Shown here: positions 63,724 through 64,000 of the stretch, in pieces
Layout: every line of letters begins with the position of its first letter
Position numbering within the stretch: position 1 is the first letter of the stretch
Origin: Coniocarpon cinnabarinum
Lineage: Eukaryota
Length of the DNA stretch: 64,000 nucleotides
Assembly (NCBI GenBank): GCA_051942205.1
Contig: JAVECO010000040.1
Location: 1-64,000, forward strand
Direction of reading: 5' to 3'
Notes under the pieces: generated by a model
Seen by the model: only the letters and a program-made list of their open reading frames with translations
Databases searched by the model: none
What the model was told of the DNA's origin: nothing
Made by a program: the position numbers and the translations under genes

Positions 63724-64000
63724 TGTCGACATACGATACGATTCGAGTTCAAATGTGATGTTGACCTGCAGGGTCTGGATTTCCGTCACCCGGATCTAAT
63801 CCCCTCACGAATCTTCTTGATCCATTGAGAGCTAGCGGTTGAGATTCGGACAATATGGTAGTAGGTGCAAAATGGGAGAAAAAGATGGAAACGATTTCGC
63901 CATGGGCGTATGAGACGCGCACAGCTGTCACGGACCAGGCAAGCCAAGACACGAATCTTCGTTCACGTACCAGCTGCAAAGAACTTCACAAGTTTGACAG

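Noticed and set aside
63749..63979. Minus-strand ORF at the window edge
   Set aside because: Could be the last exon of a gene outside the window, but has no identifiable motif.

Overview
Gene-dense, intron-containing genome segment from a filamentous ascomycete (GT-AG introns with CTRAC/CTAAC branch points and RIP-like AT-rich relics; likely a Dothideomycete, which is inference only). It holds conserved housekeeping genes: TIP20/RINT1, NOP9, SDS23, prefoldin 6, Ecd/SGT1, importin PSE1, a CBS-PB1 protein, RPS26, eIF3k and OXR1. It also holds a PpoC-like dioxygenase-P450 fusion divergently paired with a DUF2235 hydrolase. Three accessory-looking stretches interrupt these. (i) An AT-rich repeat relic at ~26.5-29.4 kb. 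(ii) An island at ~34-45.5 kb with a RIP-mutated Mutator-like MITE (156-bp TIRs, 10-bp TSD), an amidoligase-like gene, a CorA-like gene, a PCA1-type heavy-metal ATPase and a strongly divergent but structurally intact 5S-rRNA-like Pol III gene. (iii) A candidate dikaritin-type RiPP cluster at ~53.7-60.5 kb: reductase, pseudogenised acyltransferase, MFS exporter, UstYa/DUF3328 oxidase and a small secreted ORF without canonical Kex2 repeats. The 5S-like RNA and the atypical DUF3328 cluster are the best candidates for undescribed systems. Gene models were spliced by eye and family calls rest on recognised motifs, not database searches.
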